Virus record (IMG/VR): IMGVR_UViG_3300035686_000003
Coordinates: 64,001 to 128,000 of that record
DNA length: 64,000 nt
Origin: a virus
Lineage: Duplodnaviria; Caudoviricetes
Reading direction: 5' to 3' (one strand)
In this document: piece after piece, positions 44,740-55,022 of the stretch
How the letters are laid out: the number at the start of each line of letters is the position of its first letter
How positions within the stretch are numbered: position 1 is the stretch's first letter
The notes under the pieces: generated by a model
The model's input: only the letters and a program-made list of their open reading frames with translations
What the model was told of the DNA's origin: nothing
Databases searched by the model: none
Made by a program: the position numbers and the translations under genes

Positions 44740-44804
44740 AGTATAGCAAAAGCCGCCAATAGTTGCAAGTGAACCTGCGAAAGCTACTGACGGCAATGAA
44801 ACCA
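44740..44804 (-). promoter_or_regulatory. Second promoter-in-terminator module
   Basis: Minus strand TTGCAA-17-TATACT with the same GGCTTTTGCTATACT core. Confidence 0.65.
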
Positions 44805-44855
44805 ATCAAGTCACTGCGACTAAAAGACAAACAGTAACTTACACATTATATAACG

Positions 44856-45413
44856 ATGAAGAAGCAAAGTGCATCCAAGCGATTTGGCAAAGTATCGGAA
44901 GCTGATGCTAGCTGGCTATCCGAGCAACACGACTGCGTGAAGACCTTGTGGTTCGATGCAGTGATTGCAGATCCCTTTGGCGACACATTCAAGCCATTGA
45001 GGACAAAACTAAAAGAGAAGTCCTTCCTCCGTGCCAGAAAAGCATTGACGAACAAGGGGTTATTCGAGTTTGAGCCGAAGTATTCAGGTCGCGATCACAG
45101 GGTTGTGGAATGCTGGATGGTCAGAAACTTGCATGGAACCTGCAACTCTGATTACTGGGGACAATCAGAACCAAACAAAGCTCGATCTGACTATGAGATA
45201 TTCTTGCTCAGCGATTATTGGCAAGGTGTCCGGCAGCAAGTTCTTGAACGAGATTCTCATACTTGTCAAGCTTGTGGGGCAACATCGCATCTTCATGTTC
45301 ACCATTTAACCTATGCCCATCATGGTGAGGAGCATCTATACTTAGAAGACCTGATTACACTCTGCAAGCATTGTCATGCAAAAGAGCATGGTATTGAAGG
45401 TCAGAATCCGTAA
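44856..45413 (+). CDS. HNH endonuclease
   Basis: VLERD..TCQACG....LHVHH..Y......EDLITLCKHCH..EH. Confidence 0.85.
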   Translation: MKKQSASKRFGKVSEADASWLSEQHDCVKTLWFDAVIADPFGDTFKPLRTKLKEKSFLRARKALTNKGLFEFEPKYSGRDHRVVECWMVRNLHGTCNSDYWGQSEPNKARSDYEIFLLSDYWQGVRQQVLERDSHTCQACGATSHLHVHHLTYAHHGEEHLYLEDLITLCKHCHAKEHGIEGQNP

Positions 45414-45667
45414 TCACTAATCCACGCCAACAAATAATCCCCACCAGGCTGCATGAGTCCGATGGGGATTGTCTTGTGTAGTTCACAGTGGCAGGAGGAG
45501 CAAAGCGTGATGAGATTCTCTAAATCAAACTTTAGTTGTGGTGCTTCACATTGAGGAATGACATGATGGATCGTGAGGTCGCTAGTAGTCCCGCAACGTT
45601 GGCAGCAGTGGTTGTCGCGAGCTAAAGCGAGCTGCCGTGCGCCACTCCTACCTTTTCCTTTTCTCAT
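45401..45667 (-). CDS. HNH endonuclease
   Basis: RDNHCCQRCG....LTIHH......NLITLC.SCH..LH. Confidence 0.85.
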   Translation of the reverse strand: MRKGKGRSGARQLALARDNHCCQRCGTTSDLTIHHVIPQCEAPQLKFDLENLITLCSSCHCELHKTIPIGLMQPGGDYLLAWISDYGF

Positions 45668-45739
45668 AGACCGGATTCTGTATCAGGGGGTTGTATCTAA
45701 GCTTACAGCGGCTCCCAAGGGCTTGTCTGTGGCAAAGCG

Positions 45740-46078
45740 TCACTCATCAGTGTCGGAACTCTTGTGCCCCCTCAACATTCTCAGTGGCAGAGTTAAGTCA
45801 ATGTCGGTGGAAACTCCTAGGAGATACAAGGCGATCGCACAGTAGATGAAATTCGGGTACTCTCGGTTATGAACAGCCACGACAGTACCTTCGCTATTTC
45901 TGTCAACCTTGACATCTACCAAAGAAGTTAGAAGGATGACGCTACTGAACGCAGCTATCGCAATCCGCTTACCAATGTGATACCAAGGTAGCTTAGGTTG
46001 GGCTACGGTTTTGCGATTAACTTGAGAGGAGGAATTTTTTTGAGTTGGGGGTTGTGGGACTCGCTTATCAATCTGCAT
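45740..46078 (-). CDS. Small membrane protein
   Basis: Two hydrophobic segments. Confidence 0.45.
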   Translation of the reverse strand: MQIDKRVPQPPTQKNSSSQVNRKTVAQPKLPWYHIGKRIAIAAFSSVILLTSLVDVKVDRNSEGTVVAVHNREYPNFIYCAIALYLLGVSTDIDLTLPLRMLRGHKSSDTDE

Positions 46079-46602
46079 TTGCTAGTGATGGCTTCTTGCC
46101 AGGAATACTTATCTAATCTTAACTCCCAGCTCATTCCAGGAAGCGTTGGAAGATTAATAATTTCTAACACGAGATAACGTACAACATCGTGCGCTTTAGC
46201 ATTGATACTGGTAGATCCACCCTGGAGATCAGCAAGATAGGCTGCTTTGAATTTGTATACTTTCTTTTCCTTTGCGCCCACACGAATCAACCATTGAATA
46301 GAAACGATGTGAGTTTGAGGATTATTAGTATTCAACGGCAAAGCTTCATGCAAAAATCTTTTGATTTCTGCAATGTTATCCAAGGTTATTATCACTTGAG
46401 ACTTTGGATGGCTGGCATGGTAGATAAACCAAGTTGCAACACTCCCTGGTGTATTCCTTCGCACTAATTCAGCCTTAGCTTTGCCACAGCGGGACTCTAG
46501 TAGCTCTAGCGTTAGTAGCTTGCGTTCGGCAGGCTTTCGGAACTTGAAGACTACATCTTTGACCCACTCTACCAACCATCCGAACCAGGTCTGATATCCC
46601 AT
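46003..46602 (-). CDS. Hypothetical protein
   Basis: ORF only. Confidence 0.45.
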   Translation of the reverse strand: MGYQTWFGWLVEWVKDVVFKFRKPAERKLLTLELLESRCGKAKAELVRRNTPGSVATWFIYHASHPKSQVIITLDNIAEIKRFLHEALPLNTNNPQTHIVSIQWLIRVGAKEKKVYKFKAAYLADLQGGSTSINAKAHDVVRYLVLEIINLPTLPGMSWELRLDKYSWQEAITSKCRLISESHNPQLKKIPPLKLIAKP

Positions 46603-46604
46603 TA

Positions 46605-46775
46605 TTAGTCACTCCTTGATTCGAGTTTTTTGAGGCGATCACGAATCTCCTGCTGCTCCTTCATGATGAACACGAGTAAGTTCTCGATTCTATTTTGTGA
46701 CTGATATAAATCTGAAATAATCTCGGTTATGTGGTCTTCAATTTTCCATGTGTCATCGTCATAAGTAGTTTTCAT
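46605..46775 (-). CDS. Small coiled-coil protein (not in the ORF track)
   Basis: MKTTYDDDTWKIEDHITEIISDLYQSQNRIENLL..., with AGGAAG RBS. Confidence 0.4.
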   Translation of the reverse strand: MKTTYDDDTWKIEDHITEIISDLYQSQNRIENLLVFIMKEQQEIRDRLKKLESRSD

Positions 46776-47101
46776 TGACTCTTCCTAGTTGAGATAAAAT
46801 TATTGTGCCAACAAATTACCCCAGCGAAAGACGTACTTCCACTGGGGTTCGTGTATATCCACGGGTAGGATATATATTTTCTCTTGTTAGAGTTAAATGT
46901 TACTCATTCGTCATTGCATCATAGAATGCTCTCCACCCCTCCCACCTCTCAAACTTAGTCGTTCTCCAGGCACGATCTTTGAATTCTAGATGCGTCCCAC
47001 ATTTAGGACAAAAACAAAGCCTCCCCTCAATATCCAAAGATCTGTCAGCCCTTGCTACTTCCGTTAAGCAACAGGTTCCTAAAGGCATTACCACTGCACT
47101 A

Positions 47102-47674
47102 TTAACTGCCACTTATCCAACTCCTTGTTATCTCTAGATGATCTGCTCGTGCTAGATTGTACACTTTAATGTTGTGTGCGGAAGCTACTCGGATTGCCTG
47201 ACCTGTACCTCCTGTTGCTTGTGATGTTTCTTCGCCCACTGTAGCCCCATCAGGAGTCCAGCAGAGTACGAAATTAGCTGGCTCTTGTAAACTAATGCCT
47301 AACACTTGGAAACAATTGCGGGTGTGGAGTTTCTTCGTGTACGCCTTAAGATAGAGCCACGAGGGGTGGTGTTGTGCGGCAATCGCTTGTGCTTGTTCCC
47401 ATCGTGATTGAGGATATTTCCATTTGACTATTGTTCCATAGCATTTTCTTTCTTCCCAATCATTTGCATAAAAGGTTTGTTTTTCCCCTTGAACTCTATC
47501 ACACCCCCTCTCAAAGGCTTTGTCTGCTCCCTCAGCACCTCCACTCCTTAGCACTACTCCCTTCAATGCCAGCTTCGCACCCAATGCTTCCATTAGTTCA
47601 CAGATGTCAGCTGGTGTTCTGCGAGAGCCGATACCTGCGTAAACTTTAGTCGTCATTGATTTCAGAGTCCTCAA
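47102..47674 (-). CDS. SLOG-family (DprA/YspA-like Rossmannoid) protein
   Basis: YAGIGSRRTP, LRSGGAEGAD.AFE.G, RN..QVLG, CWTPDG, GGTGQAIR.A. Confidence 0.8.
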   Translation of the reverse strand: MRTLKSMTTKVYAGIGSRRTPADICELMEALGAKLALKGVVLRSGGAEGADKAFERGCDRVQGEKQTFYANDWEERKCYGTIVKWKYPQSRWEQAQAIAAQHHPSWLYLKAYTKKLHTRNCFQVLGISLQEPANFVLCWTPDGATVGEETSQATGGTGQAIRVASAHNIKVYNLARADHLEITRSWISGS

Positions 47675-47827
47675 TGTATTTCAAGATTTCTTCTGGTGTT
47701 GCAGCTTCTAGAATTAAAAAAGCATCACCACATTCACCCAAATGAAAATAATTAGGATGCCCTGACTGATACAACAGTAGTTCACGCTCGCTAACAATAG
47801 CAAGAGTACGCAAAAGTTCATGGTATG

Positions 47828-48187
47828 TCATGGATATAGCAACTCCTCAATCACTTCATCGAACTCACTCATGTCTGCTGATGGTCTACGTCCGTTAGCT
47901 TCTGCTTCTTGAGCGAGGATGCAACGGAGGGCTACGATTAAACCTTGCTCTTTACCTGCGTTGAACGCTTTATCAATGTTTGCCTCTAAGATTGATTGGT
48001 AGTCGTGGTTTAGTGTGGCTTTGTTGTACTTTTCAATAGCTAACTCTACTTGCCATTGATGAAAGTGAATGTGAGTGACAATTAACTTCTTGGCGTCAAT
48101 GTTGCCTTTGCACTCTCGAACTTTTGCATACTCACTCATTGTTTTCTCCCTACATCCGTAAAGGCGTCCAATCTTGGAAAGCAACAC
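47828..48187 (-). CDS. Hypothetical protein
   Basis: ORF in a minus-strand run. Confidence 0.4.
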   Translation of the reverse strand: MLLSKIGRLYGCREKTMSEYAKVRECKGNIDAKKLIVTHIHFHQWQVELAIEKYNKATLNHDYQSILEANIDKAFNAGKEQGLIVALRCILAQEAEANGRRPSADMSEFDEVIEELLYP

Positions 48188-48600
48188 CTCTCTCTTGTGC
48201 TTTTACAATTATTCGTGCTTGAGTAGCAGCTTTCACTTGCAAGCCACCGTTGATGATTGCTGTTGCTGCCTCAAGAGTTGTCTCTCGTTCTACTTGCTGT
48301 TCTATGCCTATACCACTAATATATTTTCCTTCTGGCAAAGACAAAGCTTCTTCTGCTGAATTGATTGTTGAATCCCAAACGTTAATCATCGCATCCTCCA
48401 AGATCTTTCACAATACTAACTCAGCTAAGGTTGATCGTCAAATCGACATTACGGAACTAGTCTTGAACGTAGATTGTCATGAAGTTATCTGTGGAATTAA
48501 TATCTTTAGCCAGTTTCAACTTTTGCCCTTCTTTGGTGGAGGCTGAAATATATCTGCCAGGTGGAATGATTTCTACGCTTTTTGTTTTCATTGTTTGTCC

Positions 48601-49599
48601 CTAAACCAACAATTCGGCAATAGCACGAGCAACAGGAGGAGCTACTGCGTTACCGACTACCCTCATGTCCACTGCCATCTTCCCACTGAACTTGTAGGTG
48701 GGATTAAAGCCGCTCAGGATAGCTAATGCTTCTATGGTGAGTGATCGCGAACAACCGTCTACTAAAACGTCAATAAGTTTAGTGCGACTACCACCTTTGC
48801 CATCGTCAGCGAGGTGGGCACGGAGAGTCCAGATGGGTTCGTACGAGCGACGGATCTTTGGTGTGTCACGGTAGGCAACACGTTCAATGATGAGGTCATC
48901 GGCAACATCTAGTTTCTCTACAGCTTGACATTGAGCTTCAGTGAGGACTGAGGTTGGCAGCTCATGTACGAGATCTCCCAGTGCTTTCCTCCAACCAACG
49001 ATCTTTGTGGTAGTGCCATAAATCTTTGGTATTTGACGATCTCTTGTGGCAATGAGGAATACTCGCTCCCTATCTTGTGCAACCCCAAAATCTTTCGCGT
49101 TCAACGGTCGTCCTGCCCAGTGAAACTCATTGTTCCAATGCTTCGGATTCAGCCATCCCTTACGAAACGTCACTTCCGGACAATACACTTGCCACCTGTA
49201 ACCCAGCTTATGCACAGCAATTGCTAGCTGCTGGATACTTTCGCTACGTTCGTAGCCTACTACATTCTCCACGACAAGGAAGCGTGGCTTGATGGTGTCT
49301 AGCCAAGGGATGAAGTCGAGGGTTAATTCCGCATCATCACGTTCAGGTGCAGACTTGCTTCTTCTACGGGAATGTGATTGACAGGGTGCTGACAACCATA
49401 TCCCATCAACATTGAGGAAGTCTTTGGGGTCAAGATGTCGGAAGTCGGAGCAGATCGTGTTGCCGTGGTTGGCTTGGTGGATGGCAGCGATCGCCGCACA
49501 AGACTCCACACCGATGACATCGAAACCTGCCTCACTTAAACCCCAGCTCGATCCGCCTCCCCCACAGCACAAATCTAAAACTGTTGGCTTGGTTGCCAT
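48601..49599 (-). CDS. DNA (cytosine-5) methyltransferase
   Basis: Motif I DLCCGGGG, IV APCQ, VI ENV, VIII QDRER, X GNAV.P. Confidence 0.92.
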   Translation of the reverse strand: MATKPTVLDLCCGGGGSSWGLSEAGFDVIGVESCAAIAAIHQANHGNTICSDFRHLDPKDFLNVDGIWLSAPCQSHSRRRSKSAPERDDAELTLDFIPWLDTIKPRFLVVENVVGYERSESIQQLAIAVHKLGYRWQVYCPEVTFRKGWLNPKHWNNEFHWAGRPLNAKDFGVAQDRERVFLIATRDRQIPKIYGTTTKIVGWRKALGDLVHELPTSVLTEAQCQAVEKLDVADDLIIERVAYRDTPKIRRSYEPIWTLRAHLADDGKGGSRTKLIDVLVDGCSRSLTIEALAILSGFNPTYKFSGKMAVDMRVVGNAVAPPVARAIAELLV

Positions 49600-49804
49600 A
49601 ACACGTACCTCCCATACATAAATGGACTCTCATAAATCCAAACATCTCCAGCTACATCCCAGTAATCTTTTCTCCACTCATTGAGGCTAATAGCAGGGAA
49701 ACAATCGAACCAACGTACACTTTCGCAACAAAAGCTTCCATTAGGTAACGGATAGAGGTAATCAAGAAGCCAAGGATTCTCTGCAACCCTTGGGATTTCG
49801 GTGG

Positions 49805-50259
49805 TCATGATATCACCGCTTCCCAGGCTGAAATAAGATCATCGAGGTTGGACAAGTTATGTGTGATTACTCTCAATGATGCATCGTTCTCGAATACGAT
49901 CTCGTACTGGTAGTTGATTCTATCGAAGTCACAATTGTAAATTGTGGGTGAGGAAATATAGTTGATCTTCATCAGATTTACTACAGCCCCATTGTCTAAC
50001 TTAAATACCTTGCTTGTGCCAAATACTTTATCTTCACTCATGCGATTGCTGCCTCCCAAGCTGCAAGAAGTTCTGTGCGAATTGAAAGGTCTGGTAATTC
50101 AGCCACTTCTAGTGTTGAACCGTCATCGAAGTAAATTGTGTACTCTACCCACTTGTCTCGTCCCAAAGATTCTTCTTTGACTCGTCCAATTCTTGTAATT
50201 TTTGTGAGATTAATTATGTTGCCTTGGGTGAAGGTAAATAGTTTACTATTGCTGCTCAT
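49805..50259 (-). CDS. Two tandem small paralogous hypothetical proteins (49805-50059 and 50038-50259)
   Basis: G...NL.KI..I, Y.I.F, L..AWEA in both. Confidence 0.5.
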
Positions 50260-50386
50260 GTACTGCCTCTGTTAGCTTGTGACATTATAGCTGGTACAAC
50301 TTTGTTTGTAAATGGGATTTTGTCACACGTTACCACATTCCTACATATAAAATAGGAGTGTAGAATTATATACGTAATTTTGTTAG

Positions 50387-50680
50387 ATGTCAAAGGAAAA
50401 GAAGTACGAGAATCCTGTTGAGCGAATCTACTATGGTATGAATTTACGGCAGGTGAATTTAACGCGGCGCGAGTCTGAGATTATGCGATGGATTTGTTTT
50501 GGGTTGAGAAACTCTGAGATTTCGGAGATGATGGCTGGAACCCTTGCCAGTAGAGGGGTAGAAAGTCACGTGAGGAACATATTAATTAAGAGTGGGCTGA
50601 AAAGTCGGGTTCAATTAGCTATATGGGGACTAAAAGAAGGTATTCTAAACTTTAAAGAGTTGCCGGGGGTAGAAGAATAA
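50387..50680 (+). CDS. LuxR/GerE-type HTH regulator
   Basis: LTRRE.EI...I..GL.N.EI......S..VESHV.NI..K.G..SRVQL. Confidence 0.85.
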   Translation: MSKEKKYENPVERIYYGMNLRQVNLTRRESEIMRWICFGLRNSEISEMMAGTLASRGVESHVRNILIKSGLKSRVQLAIWGLKEGILNFKELPGVEE

Positions 50681-50683
50681 TTG

Positions 50684-50818
50684 TTAATCTGGCTTGGGAA
50701 AAGAAGCAACCATACTTCTTACTAGCTCGGATTTAGTCATTCCACGTCTTTGAGCCTCTTTCTCTAGTTGACGCATTTCGTAACTTGTCATTTTCACTTC
50801 TAATTTTTTGTCTTTCAC
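50684..50818 (-). CDS. CopG/RHH protein (44 aa, not in the ORF track)
   Basis: MKDKKLEVKMTSYEMRQLEKEAQRRGMTKSELVRSMV. Confidence 0.6.
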   Translation of the reverse strand: MKDKKLEVKMTSYEMRQLEKEAQRRGMTKSELVRSMVASFPKPD

Positions 50819-50895
50819 AGCCAGAAGTCCTGCCTAATGTCATGATATTTTTTGCTATAATTAATTATATAACACTTTCAGAGAGTTGATGCAAA

Positions 50896-53800
50896 ATGTT
50901 TGACAAACAAGGAAAATCATTGTTCGATGAATTAATCGAAATGACGGCTGCTGGGTTAGATAGTGAAAGTGACAATAACAAGATAAGAGACAAGTACATT
51001 GAAGAAGTTTTTGAATTTGGCGGAAAGAAATTCGTTGAACGAGTTAACAAGTATGGGTATACCGAAAAAGGCGACAAAGTAGTTCTAGATGACTGGTTTA
51101 AAGAATATCTGGAACTGATCGGTGATTATCGAATTCCTCATACCCTTACTACTGGTGCAGCTCAGTGTGGAAAAGCGCAACCTGTTTACTCCAAAGTTCT
51201 TACTCCTTCAGGTTGGACAACAATAGGTGAGCTAAGACCAGGCGATGATGTTATGTCAGCAGCTGGCACTCCTTGCAAGGTCATTAATATTTATCCACAG
51301 GGAATAAAAAAGGTTTTTTCAATTAAGTTTGATGATGGCACATCGACAGAATGCTGTGAAGAACACCTGTGGCTTACCCAGAACCAAAAAGAAAGGAGAC
51401 GATATCGAGAGCAGTCTTTTAGACTACAAGAAAAGCCTTTCTGCTCTGTAAAGACGCTTGCTGAAATCAAACAAACATTAAAATTTAAAAATCCCGAAAA
51501 AAAGACAGGGCAAACTCATGCAAACAATCATTGTATCCCATTGACAAAAGAAATACAGTTTGATTGTCAAGCTATACCTTTAGATCCGTATTTGTTGGGT
51601 GCAATGCTAGGAGATGGCAGCATGGCTCATCCTCAAAGAATTAGTTTCACGAATATGGACTTAGAAATAATTGACTTGGTAAGGCAAAAACTTCCAGCGG
51701 GGTGCATTCTCAAAAAGCAAGTCAATGGTGAATTCAGACGTGATGGGAAAAGAGCTGTAGAATATCGTATCAATCAAAGCAAAACTCTTGTTCATGCTTT
51801 TGAAAGTCTAAATTTACTAGGCACTCGAAGCAAAACAAAGTTCATTCCTGACTGCTACAAATACAATTTGCCAGAAATCAGACTAGAAGTTTTACGTGGG
51901 CTAATGGATACAGATGGTAGCATTTGCAACGTGAACAATATGCCAACTATTAGCACTACCTCTAGGCAAATGGCTGACGACATAAGAGAAATAGCTTTGT
52001 CATTAGGGGGATTAGCAATTGTCCATACCATGACTGCTCCTAGTCGGCAAAACGAAAACTGGAACACTGCTTATTCCGTTCGACTAACATTGCCTAACGG
52101 AATAAACCCATTCCGTTTAACCAGAAAAGCAGAAAGAGTTAAAGAGAGGAACTACTGGCGATTCAAAAGATTTGTGGTAGGTATAGAAGAAGCTGGCGAG
52201 CAAGAGTGTGCCTGTATTTTAATAGATCACCCAAGCCACCTCTATGTTACGAACGATTACATTGTAACTCACAATACATTGGGTCACAATCTTTTGCTAG
52301 CAGATACCATTATCAATGGCAAACTTAATTGTGGATATTTTTTCTCCTCTAGAGATTCTAGGGAGGTCAATACGCCAGAGCAACAACGCCCAACAATAGA
52401 AAGGTTTGCCGAAGAATACGAAAAAATAAACGGAGTCAAGATCAGGCAACGGTCTGATAGAAAGCTGTCTTCAAGATATCAGATTGATGGTGTGACAGCA
52501 ATCTTTTCGTATCTTTCAACTTCAAAGGCAAGCGATAGCAAGAGTTCGTTGGCAGCAGCTGGCGGAAGCGCTGTTTCTTTTACGGCACACGTTATGTTTG
52601 TAGAAGAAGCTGGACAGTCACCACCAGAGTCAACAGAAGTTGTTATGCCTCGCTTATCTGCCTCTAAGATACCGACTAAGCCTAGACGTGATCTAGGGAC
52701 GCCGGGAGGAGGAGGTGCTTCCATTGAAGTTTTGTTGCAAGATGTTCACAGAAATTTTTATCCTCATGCACAATGCAAACATTGTCGAAAAATATTTCCA
52801 CTTCATCCATTAGGTTGTTTGCTGAAACCAATCAAACGAAAAAACGACCTAGGGAAGGAAGTGACTAGTTATTTTTTGAGCAGTGGACGCCCTGCACTAT
52901 GGTTCTCCCATGATGCAGAACGACCAGTGGAAACAGCCTATATCGGTTGTCCTCATTGTGAAAAACCTATCGACAATGAAACAAGATATGCAGCTCGCTA
53001 TAGGTGTACGAAAACAGGGGTTTGGTTAAGAGATTTTCTTGATAGTTTGCCTGTAAATGATCCGGTAGCTTGTGCCGATCTGAACACTAGAGTTGGTATC
53101 CACATCTCTCCCCTAGTTCGCAAGACCAAGCAGAACCTTGCCGCCGATCTCATAGACAAAGGTTTAAGAGCATCTAGAACCGCAGACTATCACCAGCAAC
53201 AATTAGGAATTGCAAGTTCCACACAGATAGTTGGCATCTCCCTCGAAATGCTCCGGAAAGCACTTGCAGCACCTAAGCCTGATGGTTCGCCCCTGTTCAC
53301 TCTAGCTGGCTTAGACATGGGCAGGAGTCGCGACTTCCTCACGATCGCCCAAATCTATCTCCCTGAGAATTACCGCTTCCTAGATCAACAGGAAATCTCG
53401 AAGCAATCCATCAGGCGCATTGTCTTCAGCTCAGATGTTGAGCGATCGCAAATACCAGAGCTGCTAAAGCGGCATAAGGTCAACTATGGTATCTGTGATA
53501 ACGAACCTAGTAGGGACTCTTCAATGGAGTTGTGCAATGAAACGAAAGTGTTGCAGATGGCAGACCAGAAGGATACCTTGAAGGATGCTGTGAAGCTTGA
53601 CAAGGTTAAGGATGGTGGTGCGGAATATCCTTGCTGGTTTATCCGTAACAAGAAGTTCCAAGACTTAATCCTGGAGACATTTCTTGAAGTTGCTGAAGAC
53701 GGCTATCCGCTTTATCGACTTCCCGAAGCGTGGAACAAGCATCTCAGTTCAAAGTCCGACTTGTCGCCATTCAAGCATCTCACTAGTCCCACTCGTGACC

Positions 53801-53934
53801 CTGAGACTGAGAAGTGGAAGCGAGCTGCCGATGGGAACGACGACTTGTTCTATTCATTCCTTTTCCTCGAAGCTGCATTTTACATCAAGTGCCTTGAGTT
53901 AGGCAAGTATCCAGAGTGGATTGGTAAGGTTTAG
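50896..53934 (+). CDS. terL: Terminase large subunit (gpA-like) with intein
   Basis: GAAQCGK[intein]T Walker A, VMFVEE Walker B, LGTP, CxxC pairs, nuclease GLDMG and DGNDD. Confidence 0.85.
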   Translation: MFDKQGKSLFDELIEMTAAGLDSESDNNKIRDKYIEEVFEFGGKKFVERVNKYGYTEKGDKVVLDDWFKEYLELIGDYRIPHTLTTGAAQCGKAQPVYSKVLTPSGWTTIGELRPGDDVMSAAGTPCKVINIYPQGIKKVFSIKFDDGTSTECCEEHLWLTQNQKERRRYREQSFRLQEKPFCSVKTLAEIKQTLKFKNPEKKTGQTHANNHCIPLTKEIQFDCQAIPLDPYLLGAMLGDGSMAHPQRISFTNMDLEIIDLVRQKLPAGCILKKQVNGEFRRDGKRAVEYRINQSKTLVHAFESLNLLGTRSKTKFIPDCYKYNLPEIRLEVLRGLMDTDGSICNVNNMPTISTTSRQMADDIREIALSLGGLAIVHTMTAPSRQNENWNTAYSVRLTLPNGINPFRLTRKAERVKERNYWRFKRFVVGIEEAGEQECACILIDHPSHLYVTNDYIVTHNTLGHNLLLADTIINGKLNCGYFFSSRDSREVNTPEQQRPTIERFAEEYEKINGVKIRQRSDRKLSSRYQIDGVTAIFSYLSTSKASDSKSSLAAAGGSAVSFTAHVMFVEEAGQSPPESTEVVMPRLSASKIPTKPRRDLGTPGGGGASIEVLLQDVHRNFYPHAQCKHCRKIFPLHPLGCLLKPIKRKNDLGKEVTSYFLSSGRPALWFSHDAERPVETAYIGCPHCEKPIDNETRYAARYRCTKTGVWLRDFLDSLPVNDPVACADLNTRVGIHISPLVRKTKQNLAADLIDKGLRASRTADYHQQQLGIASSTQIVGISLEMLRKALAAPKPDGSPLFTLAGLDMGRSRDFLTIAQIYLPENYRFLDQQEISKQSIRRIVFSSDVERSQIPELLKRHKVNYGICDNEPSRDSSMELCNETKVLQMADQKDTLKDAVKLDKVKDGGAEYPCWFIRNKKFQDLILETFLEVAEDGYPLYRLPEAWNKHLSSKSDLSPFKHLTSPTRDPETEKWKRAADGNDDLFYSFLFLEAAFYIKCLELGKYPEWIGKV
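51175..52275 (+). mobile_element. Class 3 intein (367 aa) with LAGLIDADG endonuclease
   Basis: Ala1 (AQPV..KVLTP.G), block B EEHLW, block F ECACI, block G VTHN|T give the WCT triad; YLLGAMLGDG and LRGLMDTDG. Confidence 0.9.
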
Positions 53935-53975
53935 TCTAAAATATAAAAATACTTGTCTTATGTTCTAGAGGTTCT

Positions 53976-54185
53976 ATGACTCACATCAATGCTCCGAAAC
54001 GAGGTAGCGGCAGAAGGACTTGGAAACTCCCTGGTGAGAGAATATCGGAATACCCTCGCATCACTTGTAGGGTTGACCCTGAGACAGAAAAGTTCTTGGA
54101 GGAGCAGAGGAGTATAGGTGAAACAGATCAGTCGTTAATGACACGATTGATCAAAAATTTACAGGGATATCTGCTGGGAAGTTAA
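53976..54185 (+). CDS. Small RHH-like DNA-binding protein
   Basis: KRGSGR, ITCRVDPE...L........ET...LM.RLI. Confidence 0.5.
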   Translation: MTHINAPKRGSGRRTWKLPGERISEYPRITCRVDPETEKFLEEQRSIGETDQSLMTRLIKNLQGYLLGS

Positions 54186-54345
54186 GTAGATTAGAGAAGC
54201 TTGCTAATGCCACCAACGAAGCGAAAGGAAGCAAAAGCAAGCAGGAGAGAGGAGGTAAGAAGGGAGAGGCAACCCTTCCCTCCTTTATTGATACACAGGA
54301 ACTGGCGCAACCATATGGGGTCTTGCATAGGATGCACTAGTTACA

Positions 54346-54696
54346 ATGGATTTAACGATAATATATCCCTATAATATAATGTCATCCCCCGATATTGAAG
54401 ATCAAGAAGCCTATCTTAAATACAAAGATCAACTAACTCAAGAAGTAACACAAACTTATGCGGGGTTAAAGTACAGCATCCTGGAAACTAATGACCGCGA
54501 AAAACTTCGAGAAATTTCGTTGACCCTAGCAAAGAGTGCTTATGAACAATGCTTAGTTAACTATGACACAGCCGTTGCGATGCTCACGATCAAGAGAAAG
54601 TACAACATTGCTCTCTCCCTCATCGGACTTCTTGCAGTTGTTGGAATCCTATCTAATATTGTCACAGCCCTAATTGTATGGCAGTTCCTACGCTAG
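54346..54696 (+). CDS. C-terminally membrane-anchored protein
   Basis: Hydrophobic C-terminal helix. Confidence 0.5.
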   Translation: MDLTIIYPYNIMSSPDIEDQEAYLKYKDQLTQEVTQTYAGLKYSILETNDREKLREISLTLAKSAYEQCLVNYDTAVAMLTIKRKYNIALSLIGLLAVVGILSNIVTALIVWQFLR

Positions 54697-55022
54697 AGCT
54701 ATTGGTTATCGAAGCAGTGCCTAAGACTGTAACCTTCCAAATCAAGGAGACTCTGTTGGGCGACGGCTATGCTCAAGTTGCTTCAGTGGGCAAAGGTTAT
54801 TCTTTAACCAACTACAATATTACTACAGACTATATGCCGTTACCAGTGTCGCTAGAGTTAAAGGAAAAACTAGCTAATTGGCGAGGGGTGCAAGCATTCT
54901 ATTGGACACCGAATCCCGGCATTGTGCCAGCGAAACTGTTTACCTGTAAAGAATGGGGGATTAATCTAGCTACATCGAACTCTCGACAACTCACAGCCAC
55001 TTTCAACGAGGTCATTAAATGA
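54678..55022 (+). CDS. Minor tail protein M-like
   Basis: LGDGYAQ...VG, G...FYWTP, FTCKEW, LTATFNEV. Confidence 0.85.
   Translation: MAVPTLELLVIEAVPKTVTFQIKETLLGDGYAQVASVGKGYSLTNYNITTDYMPLPVSLELKEKLANWRGVQAFYWTPNPGIVPAKLFTCKEWGINLATSNSRQLTATFNEVIK

Noticed and set aside
53997-54020. RGSGR pentapeptide in the 53976 ORF as a PatS-like signal
   Set aside because: It lies in a basic N-terminal arm of an RHH-like protein with no signal peptide, typical of a DNA-binding arm; probably coincidental though cheap to test
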